From: Mobula hypostoma | Lineage: Eukaryota | Assembly: GCF_963921235.1 (NCBI RefSeq) | Contig: NC_086097.1 | Location: 165,108,001-165,172,000, forward strand | Direction: 5' to 3' | Length of the DNA stretch: 64,000 nucleotides | Shown: piece after piece, positions 25,818 through 38,769 of the stretch | Position numbering within the stretch: position 1 is the first letter of the stretch | Layout: each line of letters opens with the position of its first letter | Notes under the pieces: model-generated | Told to the model about the DNA's origin: nothing | Seen by the model: only the letters and a program-made list of their open reading frames with translations | The model's database searches: none | Translations under genes and position numbers: made by a program

Positions 25818-26855
25818 CAGTTGCAAGAAAGAGTTTGTGAACTCTTTGCAACTACCTGGTTTTCTGTATCAGTTACTCATAAAATGCGGTCTGATCTTCA
25901 TCCAAGACACACTCATAGAAAAAACACAATCTGCCTAATCTAATAACACACAAACAATTGTACTTTTCATGTCTTTATTGAACACACTGCTTAATCATTC
26001 ACAGTTCAGGCTGCAAAGATTATGTGAAACTCGGTATTTAATACCGAGTAGAATCTCCTTTAGCAGCAATAACCTCCACCAAATATTTCCTGTAGATACT
26101 GAATAGACTTGCACAATGGTGAGGAGGAATCTTAGACCATTCCTCCATACAAAACTCTTTCAGTTCACCAATATTTCTGGGATACCTTGCATGAACAGAC
26201 CTCTTCGGGTCAAGCACAGCATCTCAATTGGGTTAAGGTTTGGACTCTGACTTGGCCATTCCAAAACATGATTTTTTTTTTCCTTTTTAAACCGTTCTGT
26301 TGTTGATTTACTCTTGTGTTTCAGATCATTGTCTTATTGCATCATTAAACTTATATTTAGCTTCAGGTGACGAGCCACTGCCCTGAAATTCTCCTGTCAA
26401 TGCCTTGAAACAATTTTGAATTCATTGGTCCCTCAACAATTGTAAGCTGTCCTGGGCCTAATGCAGCAAAGCAGCCCAAACCATGATGCTGCTTTCAAAC
26501 ATGCTTCACAGTTGGGATGAGATTTTGGTGTTTGTGTGCAGTGCCCTTTTTCCTCCAAACATAGCTGTGTGCATTTATGCCAAAAAGTTCAACTTTTGTC
26601 TTATCTGTCGACAGAACAATGTGGAATATTCAAGTGGTCCTTTGCAAACTTGAGATGTGCAGCAATGTTTCTTTTAGGACAGCGATGTCCTTCATGAACA
26701 CCACAGGCACTTGTTCAGGCAGAGTTTTTCTTCAAGTGATACATGAACAGAGACTTTAGCATGTTCTGAAGATTTCTGCAGGTCTTTTGCTGTTGCCATT
26801 GGGTTCTTTTTCATTTCCTTTAGCATTGCACATTGCGCTCTTGGTATGATCTGCA
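25818..26855 (-). mobile_element. Tc1-like transposon, partial (one end only)
   Basis: TA|CAGTTGCAAGAAAGAGTTTGTGAAC terminus. Minus strand reads [14 protein letters not shown] (Tc1 WPSQSPDLNPIE motif). Confidence 0.85.
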
Positions 26856-28515
26856 GTTTACCGAACATTCAAGAGTGTCAGGGAAATGAAGTATGTGTAG
26901 TGAAAATTACAACTGAGAAGGTGTTTAGGAAGCTTAATGGTCTGAGGGTGGATAAATCTCCTGGACCTGATGGAATGCATCCTCTGGTTCTGAAGGGAGT
27001 AGATAGAGAGATTGCGGTGGCTTTAACAATGGTCTTTCAAGAATCAATAGATTCTGGCATTATACTGGATGACTAGAAAATCGCAAATGTTACTGCATTA
27101 TTTAAGAAGGCTGGGAGGCAGCAGAAAGGAAACTTTCGATCTGTTAGCCTGACATCAGTGGTTGGGAAGTTGTTGCAATCGATTGTTAGGGATGAGATTA
27201 CAGAATACCTGGAGGCACATGACAAGATAGGCCAAAGCCAGCATGGTTTCCTGAAAGGAAAATCCTGCCTGACTAACCTACTGCAATTTTTTTTGAGGAA
27301 ATTACAAGCATGGTAGATAAAGGAGATGCAGTAGATCTGATGTACTTGGATTTCCAGAAGGCCTTTGACAAGGTGCTGTACATGAGGCTGCTTAGCAAGA
27401 TAAGAGCCCATAGAATTACAGGGAAATTACTGGCATGGGTGGAGCATTGGTTGATCAGTGGAAAGCAGAGAGTGGGTATAAAAGGATCCTATTCTGGCTG
27501 GCTGCCAGTTACAGGTGGAGTTCCACAGGGGTCGGTGTTGGGACCGCTGCTTTTTACAATGTATGTCAATGATTTGGACTATGGGATTAATGGATTTGTG
27601 GCTAAATTTGCCGATGATACAAAGATAGATGGAAGAGCGGGTAGTGTTGAGGAAACGGAGACCTTGATAGTTTAGGGGGATGGGCAAAGAAGTGGCAAAT
27701 TAAGTACAATGTTGGATGTGTATGGTCATGCACTTTAGTGGAAGAAATAAATGGGCGGATGATTATTTAGATGGGGAGAGAATTCAAAGTGCAAAGATGC
27801 ATAGGGACTTGGGAGTCCTTGTGCAGGATACCCTAAAGGTTAACCTCTAGGTTGAGTCGGTGGTGAAGAAGGCGAATGCAATGTCGGTGTTTATTTCTAG
27901 AAGTATAGAATTTAAGAGCAGGGATGTGATGTTGAGGCTCTATAAAGCACTCGTGAGACCACACGGAGTATTGTGTGCAGTTTTGGGCTCCTTATTTTAG
28001 AAAGGATATACAGACATTGGAGAGGGTTCAGAGAAGATTCACGAGAATGATTCCAAGAATGGAAGGGTTACCATATGAGGGACGTCTGGCGGCTCTTAGG
28101 CTGTATTCCCTGGAGTTCAGGAGAATGAGGGGGGGAATCTCATAGAAACATACCAAATGTTAAAAGGCCTGAACAGATTAGATATGGCAAAGTTATTTCC
28201 CATAGTAGGGGAGTCTAGGACAAGAGTGCACGACTTCAGGACTGAAGGATGTCCATTTAGAACAGAGATGTGGAGAAATTACTTTAGTCAGAGGATGGTA
28301 AATTTGTTGCCAAGAGTGGCTGTGGAGGCCAAGTCATTGGGTGTATTTAAGGCAGAGATAGGTAGTTTCTTGATTAGCCAGGGCATCAAGGGGTGTGGGG
28401 AAAAGGCAGGGGAGTGGGGATGACTGGAAGAATTGAATCAGCCCATCATTGAATGGCAGGGCAGACTTAATGGACCGAATGGCCTACTTTTGCTCCTATA
28501 TCTTATGGTCTTATA
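26856..28515 (+). mobile_element. CR1 LINE 3' half (RT)
   Basis: KSPGPDGMHP, YLDFQKAFDKV, GVPQGSVLGPLLF and KFADDTK motifs. Ends 'ctcctatatcttatggtcttat'. Confidence 0.92.
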
Positions 28516-28609
28516 ACACACTGTTTTCCCATTTTTCTCAGTTCCTTCGTCCCCACCGCATCTGTTCCTAGGATGAGGCTTCCTTTCCAGGACATCAGAT
28601 ATGTCCTCC

Positions 28610-29256
28610 TGTAATGTTAAGAAGTTAGCATCTCGTAGGCCTCTTGTGACCCTGGCTATTTTGCAAGGGTCATAGCAGCTTAGACTTGGAGAAAATTATA
28701 GAAGCACAAATGTATTCTCATGAGATAAGCTGAGCGTGTGACATCGTCCTTGGTATGCAACCTGTGCTTAACTTCAGTTCTTGCTTAGAGTAGCTTGTAT
28801 CATTGCTTGATTAATTGCTTTAAGAGACATACTCTGCTTTGTACTCACTATGGCACCTGCAATATAAGCATGATGATCAACTTCAATAAAAAAATAAATT
28901 CCAAAAAAATAAGAATGGCTATTTCAAGGGCAGGAGGCTTTGAATGGTAAGCCTGTGCCTGTTTGTATCCAGGCATAGTGGCAATTAAAACTGTTACACG
29001 AACAGTTTATGGCCTATAAAGTTAACAATACTCATCTGTACAGAAACTAAGGGGGTGAACCCACATGTATCTGTGTACGTGACTGCATGTGTATAAAAAG
29101 AGCTGTATTTGCTTCAGAAGCGGGAGACCTCTGGAGCAGCCTCCAAGAGTGCGCTTAGGGGAGGGTTCTCTCTGGTAACTTGCTAATAAAGAGTTAAAGT
29201 TACATTCACCGTAGTACGTGGTGTCTTTGCATCGGGTAGATCGAAAGAAGTTTACA
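28610..29256 (+). mobile_element. Probable solo LTR
   Basis: TGTAA...TTACA termini, TATAAAA at 29092 and AATAAA at 29185. It interrupts a Penelope copy. The flanking 'ctcc' duplication is offset by 3 extra bases on the right, so the TSD is imperfect. Confidence 0.65.
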
Positions 29257-29477
29257 ATGCTCCTCTTTCAAAGAAGAGAGTTTCCCTTCTTCCACCATGG
29301 ATGCTGCACTTGCCTGCATCGTCTCCATTTCCCTTAATGAGGATAGAGTTTCTCTTGAGCTCACCTACCACCCATGAGCCTCCACATTCAACACATTCTC
29401 TGCAACTGTCTGCCATCTTCAACAGGACCCTACCACCAAACACATCTTTACCTCGCCCCCACCCCCATCCGGTGTCT

Positions 29478-32400
29478 ACAAAATGGTGGTACGCGTAGAT
29501 GCGGCGGCCTTGCCGGCTCCAACCAGCAGTGAAATTTCTGGTCCTGTTCATCTTTTCTGTGAGCAAAAAACATTGCTATAGATTAAGAACACTGAAATTT
29601 GCAAGTTTACCTCATTAATCAGTGGAATAATGAAGGTGCTGCGCAGTTATGGACCAACGTGGCGAACGGGCTCTTGTTCTACACTTTGGTCTACTACATT
29701 AATTGGAGGAGCGACTGCTAGGAGCGGTACAGAAGCACAGTAGAGGACCAGTATTAAAGCAAGACTTTTAAGCTCGCTGTGCTCCTGTCGATTATACTTG
29801 ATAATGTCTGATCACTAGGAAAGAAACTGGATTAGTGCATCTGAACTAGCGGGACATGAGAAACTGTTGCACACTCATCCTGACAGAAACATGGCTTCAA
29901 GACATCATTCCAGACTTGGCCATCCAGCTAGAAGGCATAACCCTTTCGGGTGGATAGCAATGCTGTGACCTCCGACAAGACCTTTGGAGGAGGTCTCTGT
30001 CTACAGCTATAAGAACTGATGTGTTAATGCCTTAGTAGTAATGGCCCACTGCTCACTGCAGATAGAGTTTTGAATGATGAAGTGCAGGTCTGTCTGCTTA
30101 CCAAGGGAGTTCATTGTTATGGTGATTATTGCTGTTTACATCCTCTCTTTGCTAGTGCTGGAGAAGCGCTGCTGGAAGTCTACAGCATAATCTGCATGCT
30201 CGAAGCCACTCACCCTGTCTTCATTGTTGCTGGTGACTTCAATCCTGCCAACTTAAAAATGGTCCTGCCGAAGTTCTGCCTGCATGTTAACTTCACAACC
30301 AGAGGAGAGAATATATTAGACCTGGTTTATACCAATGTACAGACCACTGGTTAAACAAGTAAAGCCGGTTCACAGGGAGATCAGACCTGCCCAGAAGGTG
30401 CCACCTCAGTGCTGCTGGACTGCTTCGAAAGCACGGACTGGATCATATTCAGGGAGGCAGCTACTACAATCATCACTTCAACATAGATGAATATGTGGGA
30501 TCAGTGACTGGCAACATAGGAAAGTGCATTGATGGCGTTAACGTGATTCAACACTATACTGCCAGGACAAACCAGAAACCATGGCTGACTAGAGGTTTGG
30601 TCACTGTTTAGGGACCGGAAAGCTGTCTTCAGATAGGGAGACAGGGCGACTTTAATGTTAGCAAGAGCTGCGCTCTCCCATGCCATCAGGAAGGCAAAAC
30701 ATGAGTACACACAGAAAATCACAAAACACTCGTGACACCAGGGACATGCGGCGCATGTGGTAAGGTATGTAAACCATAACCGATTACAAGTCCATCCCTC
30801 ACATCGGTAACAGAGACGCCTCTCTTCCTGATGGGCTGAATGCTTTCTATGCATGATTTGACCGATTGAATGATGTAACGTCAAGGAAAGCCCCTTCTCC
30901 CCCGAGGAACAGGTACCCAGTTTGGTCGCAGCCGAGGTGAAGGGGACCCTAGCCAGGGCAAACCCGTGCAAAGCAGCAGGGCCAGACAACATAGCTGGTC
31001 AGGTCTGAGGAACTGTGCAGTTTAGCTAACAGAGGTCTTAACGAATATTTTTAATATCTCTCTGAAAGAGTCCAGAGTCCACTGTCCCTACAGACTTCAA
31101 GGTAGCCACCATCATTCCATCATCGGTGCCAAAGAGAGCAGCGGTACCTGGCCTAGATGATTACTGTCCAGTGGCACTGACTTCAACAATCATGAAGTAC
31201 TTTGAGCAACTGGTAATGATCGTATGAAATTCATACTGAGCACTGGTGCTCCCCGAGGTTGTGTACTCAGTCCACTGCTGTTCATGATACTACAGTAGTT
31301 GGCCTTATCAGCAGCAGTTATGTGTAGGCATACAGAGAGGTGGTAGAGAGAACAACAATCCGAGTCTCAACGTGATCAAGACAAAAGAGATTATTGTGAT
31401 CTTCAGGAAGGCACAGGTAGATCACTCTGCTGTGGAGGGAGTGAAGAGCACAAAATTTCTCAGTGTGCGCATAATGAACAACCTAACCTGGCCCCACAAC
31501 ATCTCACAAGTCAAGAAGGCACAGCATCATCTACACTTCGAGGAGATTGAGGCATGCATGGCTCCCGCCCCCGTTCTAACAACTTTTTACTGGAGCATGA
31601 TTGCGAATGTACTCTATGGCTACATCATTATGGGGTACAGAAGCTGCAAGGTATCTGACTCCAATACCCTACAGAAGACAATAAAAACTGCCCAGAGGAT
31701 CATTCAAAGAACACTTATTATTAAAGTATGTATACATTATACAACCTTAAGATTTGTGTCCTCACAGGGAGCCACAAAACAAAGAAATGCAAATAAACTC
31801 ATTTTAAAAAAAAGACAAAACTTCTAATGTGCTGAGAAAAAAAACAAACCATGCAAGCAAATGGCATTCTGAACTGAAGTCCATAAAGAGAATCTGTACC
31901 CAGACCCTTAGTTCAGCGCAGAGCCTGTCCCTCACCTCGGGCTCTGACAGCCTGACCTTTTCAGTCTGGCCTGGTGCTTAGATCATTGTCCAGACATCGG
32001 GTTCTGTTGCTTCGATATGCTCTGGGGCCTGGACTCAGCTGTCTGGTTTTGGCCTGAACCTGATCTTTCCAATTCGGCCTGGCGTTTAAATCGATTGGAC
32101 CTTGGGTCTTCCTTGCACTCAGCGAAGGGTCCACTGTCTCGCCTTGGCTCAGTTCTGCCGCATCGAATTGTTTCCAAGTCCAAAGGGAAGTTATAGTCTA
32201 TTGCTTGTGATGATGTTTACCAAAAAATGATGGTTAACAAATATTTAGTTGTTTTCCTTGTTTCATCGGCCACCAGCCAGAGGTCACTGAGATTCACCAG
32301 TGCCATTAGGGTCTCACTCCCTCCTATTTGTGACATTTACTGGGAGTGCTGCAGATGAAGGGCCCAGAGTATTGTTGACTATCCTTCTCGCCCATCCCAC

Positions 32401-32743
32401 AATCTCTTTAACCCACTACCATCTGGAATGAGTACAGAAGCAACAGGACTAGGACTGTCAGACTGGGTAACAGCTTCTTCTCTCGGACTGTGATAGTAAT
32501 GAATACCTGCCACCACCGAGATCTCGTCACTAGGATAGTGAGATGCTTACGGTATTATTTACTGTTCACCTGTACTACTCTTTACTACATGCATTTTGAA
32601 TTATTTTATTTATTTATAGTATAATATGTTGGGTTATGTGCTGTGTGTGATATATGTTGTGTGGGTGCACTATGGTCCGGAGGAAGATTGCTTCGTTTGG
32701 TTGTATATATAGTATGCACAGTAAAATGACAATGAACTTGAAC
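29478..32743 (+). mobile_element. Near-full-length but decayed Rex1/Babar-like LINE (APE endonuclease + RT)
   Basis: FIVAGDFNPANLK and TTRGENILDLVYTN (APE), 'aaagcagcagggccagacaacata' (KAAGPDNI), and an 'aacttgaact' tail. Interrupted by another repeat at about 31704-32305. Confidence 0.82.
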
Positions 32744-33417
32744 TCTGCCTCCCCGTGATTCCCTTGTCCATTCGTCCCTCTCCATTAATCTCCCTCCTGG
32801 AACTTATTCCTGCAAGCGGCAGAAGTTCTACGCATGCTCTCCCTCACCTCCATTCAGGGCCCCAAACAGTCCATCCAGGTGAGGCAACACTTCACATGCA
32901 AATCTGTTGTGGTTGTCTGCTATATCTGGTGCTCCCAATGCAGCCTCCTTTACGTTAGTGAGACCCGACATAGATTGGGGAAATGCTTTATCGAGCACCT
33001 CAGCAAAAAGCGGAACTTCCCAGTGATCAACCAATGAGGCCGCTGTCAGATTGGAGGAGCAACACCTCATTTTCACTCTAGGTAGTCTCCAAACTGATGG
33101 CATGAACATCAATTTCTCTCATTTCTGGTAGTATTTTTCCCCTCCCCCTTCACTTCTCCACTCTGGCCTCTTACCTATTTTCCTCTCCTGCATACCACTT
33201 CTGTCTGGTGCCCCTCCTCCTTCTCTTTCCCCCATGATCCACTCTCTTCTTCTACCTGATTTCTCCTCCAGCCCTTTGCCTTTTCCACTTATCACCTCCC
33301 AGCTTCTTACTTCAACCCCCTCCACTAGTGACCTGGCTTCGCCTGTTACCTTCTAGGTTGTCACCCTCTTCCTCCTCCCCCAATCGTCATATTCTGGCCA
33401 CCTTCTGCCTTCCCTTC

Positions 33418-33454
33418 CAGTCCTGATGAAGGTCTTGGTCTGAAACATTGACTG
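33418..33454 (+). ncRNA. Minimal type I hammerhead ribozyme motif (Penelope-associated), partly degenerate
   Basis: CAGTC-CTGATGA-aggtcttggtct-GAAA-catt-GACTG: core boxes intact and 5-bp stem I, but the stem III palindrome and cleavage triplet are altered. Confidence 0.55.
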
Positions 33455-33515
33455 TTTATTCACTTCCATAGATGCTGCCTGATCTGCTGAGTTCCTCTGG
33501 CATTTTGTGTGTGTT

Positions 33516-34760
33516 AATCTCCTCTGCACTCTCTGTGGCATAATTACATTCTTCCTATAGTACTGCACATAAAGTAATTAATGTTGTGAAGTTGAAACTT
33601 CTGTCCCAATGTTGATATTTTTGTGACCTAACATATGACAAAGACATGTGTATACCTGTCTTCACCAGCTTATCTACCCAGGATGCCATAGGGAATTATG
33701 GATTGGAACCTCAAGATCCCTGTGTACATCAACATCCCATAAACTTGTACCATTTACTATACATATCTCACTCATATTTAATTTCCCAAAATGTATCATA
33801 ATCTGCCAATACTCCAACCAAATTCCCATCTGATCGATATCCTCCCGTAACCTTGGACAACCTTTGCTATCCACGACATCACCAACTTTTGTATTTTCTG
33901 CCCAGTTATTAATCATTTCTCCTACATTCACATCCAGGTTGTTAATACATAACATGAGCAATAAAGTACCAACACTGATTTCTGCAATACTGAATTGATT
34001 ATAGGCTTCTCATCAGAAAAGCACCCTTCCACTGCTCCCTGCCACTTAACACCAATCCACTTTTGGATTCTGTTACATCTCATGTGCCTTTAACTCTCTG
34101 GACCAGCCTGTGAGACCTTTAGCAAATGCTTTACTGAAGTCCATGTACTGCCCTGCCTGTTAACTTGTTAAAGAAAATCTAGTGAGACAGTGTTTTCCTC
34201 ATCCAAGCTTCATTGACTCTATGTAATCATCCCCTGCTCCTCTTGACACACATAAATTCTATCCCTTTAGATTCTTTCCAGTAATTCAGAGAAAGAATAG
34301 TGATGCAAGGCTCACCAGCCTGTCATTACCTGGCTTTTAACATGCTTCCCTTCTTAAATAAAGGAACAACATTTTCTTTTCTCTGTTCTGGCACTTTGCC
34401 TGTGGCTAGCAAAGTTGCAAAATATTTCTCTTGCTTCCCATAGCAACCTGCAATAGAACTCAACAGACCCCGGATACTCATCAACCTTTATGTATCCCAT
34501 AACATCTAATACCACCTCCTGCTCAGCATAGTCATGTAGCCCTGATCAAACATTCCATTCCTAATTTTGCCATTTGCCTTTCATCCATACTGGGACATGC
34601 TAGCCCGGAACTCTTCACACAATTTTTAAAAAGTTCTTTCTCGTCAGCTGTCAAGTTACCTGCATTGATCTATCTCAATCTGCTTATGTCATCTCCTCTA
34701 ATGCTGTTGGAGTTAGCTATCCTTCAGTTCAAGATCTCACATGAGGACCAATCGTATTCC
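33516..34760 (-). mobile_element. Old CR1 LINE RT region
   Basis: ORF 33674-33961 (-) reads CINNLDVNVGEMINNWAENTKVG, a decayed ..INDLD......KFADDTK.G motif. Confidence 0.7.
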
Positions 34761-35299
34761 TTTCTCTAATTTTCTGGATCTTTCCATTTTCCATTGTCCA
34801 CAATTTAAAATATATTCAGTTTAAATACAAGTTGATGAGGGATTTGTGGATTCAAAAAATTCCCATTTTACTAATTGAGAGCCTTACAGTTTTTCAGTGT
34901 TGTACCTATATTGGCTTGTATTATCAGAATTGAGTAAATGCCAAACTTATTCAATGCCATATGCATGAATATTGTAATTATTACCATCTGCCCCTTTTCT
35001 CATTCCTGTTCATTTTTATTCAGTTCTGCAGCCTCCTTTTACCTTTTCTAAGAAAGGCATATTTTTAAATGGTAAGTGCCTCCTTCAAAATAGTAAATTT
35101 CAGCAGAGACTAATTGATCACCTTGTAGAATTACTAAGAAATAAGCTTGGCTTTGAGAACACTATGCATAAAGCATTATTGTCAGCCATCTGTTGTGTTA
35201 CAGCACTTCAAATCCAGCCAGGCATATTGGTGATCCTCTGATCCAGCAAAGTGCATCTGTTATTTTGACCTAAGAGTTTCATGTTGACAGCGGCCCAGT

Positions 35300-35895
35300 T
35301 ATGAAAGCAAATGACATGTTGACCTTTATTGCGAGACAGTTGGAGTTTATAAGTAGGAAACTGTTGTTAGAATTGTGCAAGGTGTTTGTGAGGCCATAAC
35401 ACGGATTTCTATGCATTATCACTTTATTTAAAAAAATATAGAAGCACTTTGGATGCAATCCAAAAAAGATTTGTTAAGCTAATTCCTGGGTGAGAGCGTT
35501 GTCCTGTCACAAGCAGCTAACAAAAAAAATGGATCTGTAGTTAGAACAATGAAGGCTGAAGCACACAAGATCCCAAGGGGCCATAAAAGACTATAAATGG
35601 AGTTGTTTGCATTGGTGGGAGTCTATGGAGCAAGAGGGCATTGTTATAAGGGTGCCTGGTAGATTTTTCTTGCAGAGGATGTGGAAATCTGTAGAATTCT
35701 CTATTCTTTAGAGTTATGGAAGCTAGTTGATGGGAGGTATTTAAAGAGGGGGCAGGTAATCTTTTGAAACATTGGGGTATTAATGATAGATCAGAGTTGA
35801 GACCTGCGGTGGATAAGCCATGATAATAATGAATAGTGGTGCAGAGTTGTGTGTGTGTGTGGATGCGGTGGCTGTGTACTCTTATTTTTTATGCT
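35300..35895 (+). mobile_element. Decayed CR1 LINE 3' part
   Basis: Similar to 41420-42070 ('gaaagcaaatgacatgttgacctttatt...gtgaggcca'). Confidence 0.6.
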
Positions 35896-38769
35896 TGGGG
35901 AAATAATGTTTACTAAATTAACTAACACAAAATGGAGCTAATAGTAAAAGTATTAAAATATTTACAGTTTTTGTCATCTGATTCTCAAGCAAGTATATTA
36001 TTTGATTGCTAAACATGGTCATGGTTTAAATCTTTGAACACATGCAACTATATATTCAGTTACAGTTTCATGCTCGTCTGTCATAAGTTTTTCCATAGAA
36101 GGTTCAGTTAGTTCACATTAGCTTTTCCCATGTGAACTGCATGCAGTTATTTGCAGCATTAACCATTTACCATCACGGACAGTTTTGGAATGCCTAGAGG
36201 TACAGGGATAGTAAGAAAATCTCTCCAGGTAAAAGGCACCATTTAGATTATTGTGCTAGTGTCAGCTCTTTAAGAGCTATGCAATTAATATCACCCCCCA
36301 TCTGTTCCTACTGCCTCAGGCTGCACATTTCAGATTATAAATTGCTTTTGCATTTTCTTGCTCTCAATTCATTTACTTGTTATTTTAGATATTCCACTGA
36401 CTGCAATTTTGCCCTGGCTTCTGCCCATCTTTCCTCACAGTCTCACTATACACTGCATCTAGTTGTATACCAATTGCCCCATCCTCAGTTTCCCATCCCT
36501 TGCCAAATCAGTTTAAATCCTCCCCAACAGTTCTAGCAAATCTGCCTGTAAGGATATTTGTCCCCCTCAGATTCAGGTGTAATCCATCTCTTTTGTATAA
36601 CTTAACCAAGAAGAGATCCCAGTGATCCAGAATTCTGAAACTCTACCCCCTACTCCAGTTCCGCAACAATGCATTCACCTGAGAAATTATCCTATTCTTA
36701 CCCTGACTGGCGCGTGGCACGGGCAGCAGTCCAGAGATTACTATCCTGAAAGTCCTGCTTTTCAGATTCCTACCTAGTTACTTAAATTCTCTCTTCAAGA
36801 CCTCCTCCCTTTTCCTACCTATGTGATTTGGGCCAGTATGTACCAAGACTTCTGGCTGCTCACTGTCCCTCTTTAGAATGCTGTGGATCTAATTAGTGAT
36901 GTCTGTGATCCTGGCACCTGGGAGGCAGCATACCATCCGGGTGTCTATATCACGTCCACAGAATCTCGTGTCTACTCCTAACTATGGAATCCCCTCTCAC
37001 TACTGTAGTCCTCCCCTCCCACACCCCCTCTCCGGTTGAGTCACAACGCTAGAAAGTGCCAGAGACATGATCGTTGTAGCTTCCCCAAGTAGATCTCCCA
37101 CCCCCTGACAGTATCAGAAGTGGTGTACTTATTATTGAGGGGAATGCCCACAGGTATATCTGCAAAGGCTGCCCATTTCACTCCCATCTCCTGAGGGTCA
37201 CCCAGGTATCTGTCTCCCACAACTGAGGGGTGATCACTTTCCTATAGCTCCTATCAGTTTCCTGTATAAGTGGAAGGTCATCGAGCTGCAGCTCCAGATC
37301 CTTAACATGTTCTCTGAGGAGCTGAAGCTCGGTGCACCTGGTGCAGATATGGCTATCAGGAAGGCTGAAGGTCTCCCAGAATTCCCACATCTCACACAAC
37401 ACAACAAAGCCACTGGAGCCATCCTCACTGCACTATGTACTAACAAGTGTTACAAGGAAATGAAGGTTTGGAAAATGCAATTGTCGAGTGCATTGTTTGA
37501 AGGCAGTCCATTATCTGGACTAGTGTCTGCGCTAACTTTGTTCATTTAGTTTGTCAAAAGAACATGATGGCATACAGTAGATTAATTCCTCTGATAACTA
37601 TTAGGAAGTAATATACTGTTTTATAGTACTGTAGCGGTATAGTAGTGTTTTTGTTCCGTATTTCGTTAAAATATATGATTTGTTACTCAAACAGCAGACT
37701 GTCTTAACTATTTCCATGAAACTTCAGCTAATTGGGACAGTCAGTTAGATGGGCCAAAATGTACTGGTCCCGATGTGCCCTAATTAACCAGAATCCACTG
37801 TATCTGGAGCAGCTTGCTGTAATGTTTTGTCTAGAATAGTGCTTAATTCGCTTTTCATAATCAATGTATATTTATCATACAAGTCATTTTTTGGATGCAC
37901 TGCAGGGATTTTTTGGTGTAGGGCATCACCTGATTGAAGTACAGTTGCAAGAAAGAGTTTGTGAACTCTTTGCAACTACCTGGTTTTCTGCATCAGTTAC
38001 TCATAAAATGCGGCCTGATCTTCATCTAAGACACACTCATAGAAAAAACACAATCTGCCTAATCTAATAACACACAAACAATTGTACTTTTCATGTCTTT
38101 ATTGAACACATTGCTTAATCATTCACAGTTCAGGCTGCAAAGATTTTGTGAACTCCTGTATTTAATAACTGGTAGAACCTCCTTTAGCAGCAATAACCTC
38201 CACCAAACATTTCCTGTAGATACTGAATAGACTTGCACAATGGTGAGGAGGAATTTTAGACCATTCCTCTATACAAAACTCTTTCAGTTCATCAGTATTT
38301 CTGGGATACCTTGCATGAACAGACCTCTTCAGGTCAAGCATAGCATCTCAATTGGGTTAAGGTTTGGACTCTGACTTGGCCATTCCAAAACATGAATTTT
38401 CTTCTTTTTAAACCATTCTGTTATTGATTTACTTTTGTGTTTCAGATCATTGTCTTATTGCATCATTAAACTTCTGTTTAGCTTCAGGTGACAAACCACT
38501 GCCCTGAAATTCTCCTGTCAATGCCTTGAAACAATTTTGAATTCATTGGTCCCTCATCAATTGTAAGCTGTCCTGGCCCTGGTGCAGCAAAGCAGCCTCA
38601 AACCTGCCTGGCCTGCTGCGTCCACCAGCAACTTTTATGTGTGCAGCCTCAAACCATGATGAGATTTTGGTGTTTGTATGCAATTCCCCTTTTCCCTCCA
38701 AACAGCCATATGCATTTCTGCCAAAAAGTTCAACTTTTGTCTTATCTGTTGATGGGACATTGTGGAATA

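Larger units (their letters stand above)
23454..28515 (+). repeat. Copy A of a locally duplicated composite block (CR1 ORF1 fragment + MITE + spacer + Tc1 part + CR1 3' half)
   Basis: Colinear with 36741-42078 across all element junctions, including the non-repetitive-looking spacer 25680-25815 / 37803-37939. Confidence 0.9.
28540..33515 (+). mobile_element. Penelope-like element split into three pieces (about 28540-28609, 29260-29472, 32745-33515) by later insertions
   Basis: The second and third pieces are colinear with the Penelope copy at 51276-52248. ORF 32834-33037 reads FTCKSVVVVCYIWCSQCSLLYVSETRHRLG (decayed GIY-YIG). Confidence 0.8.
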
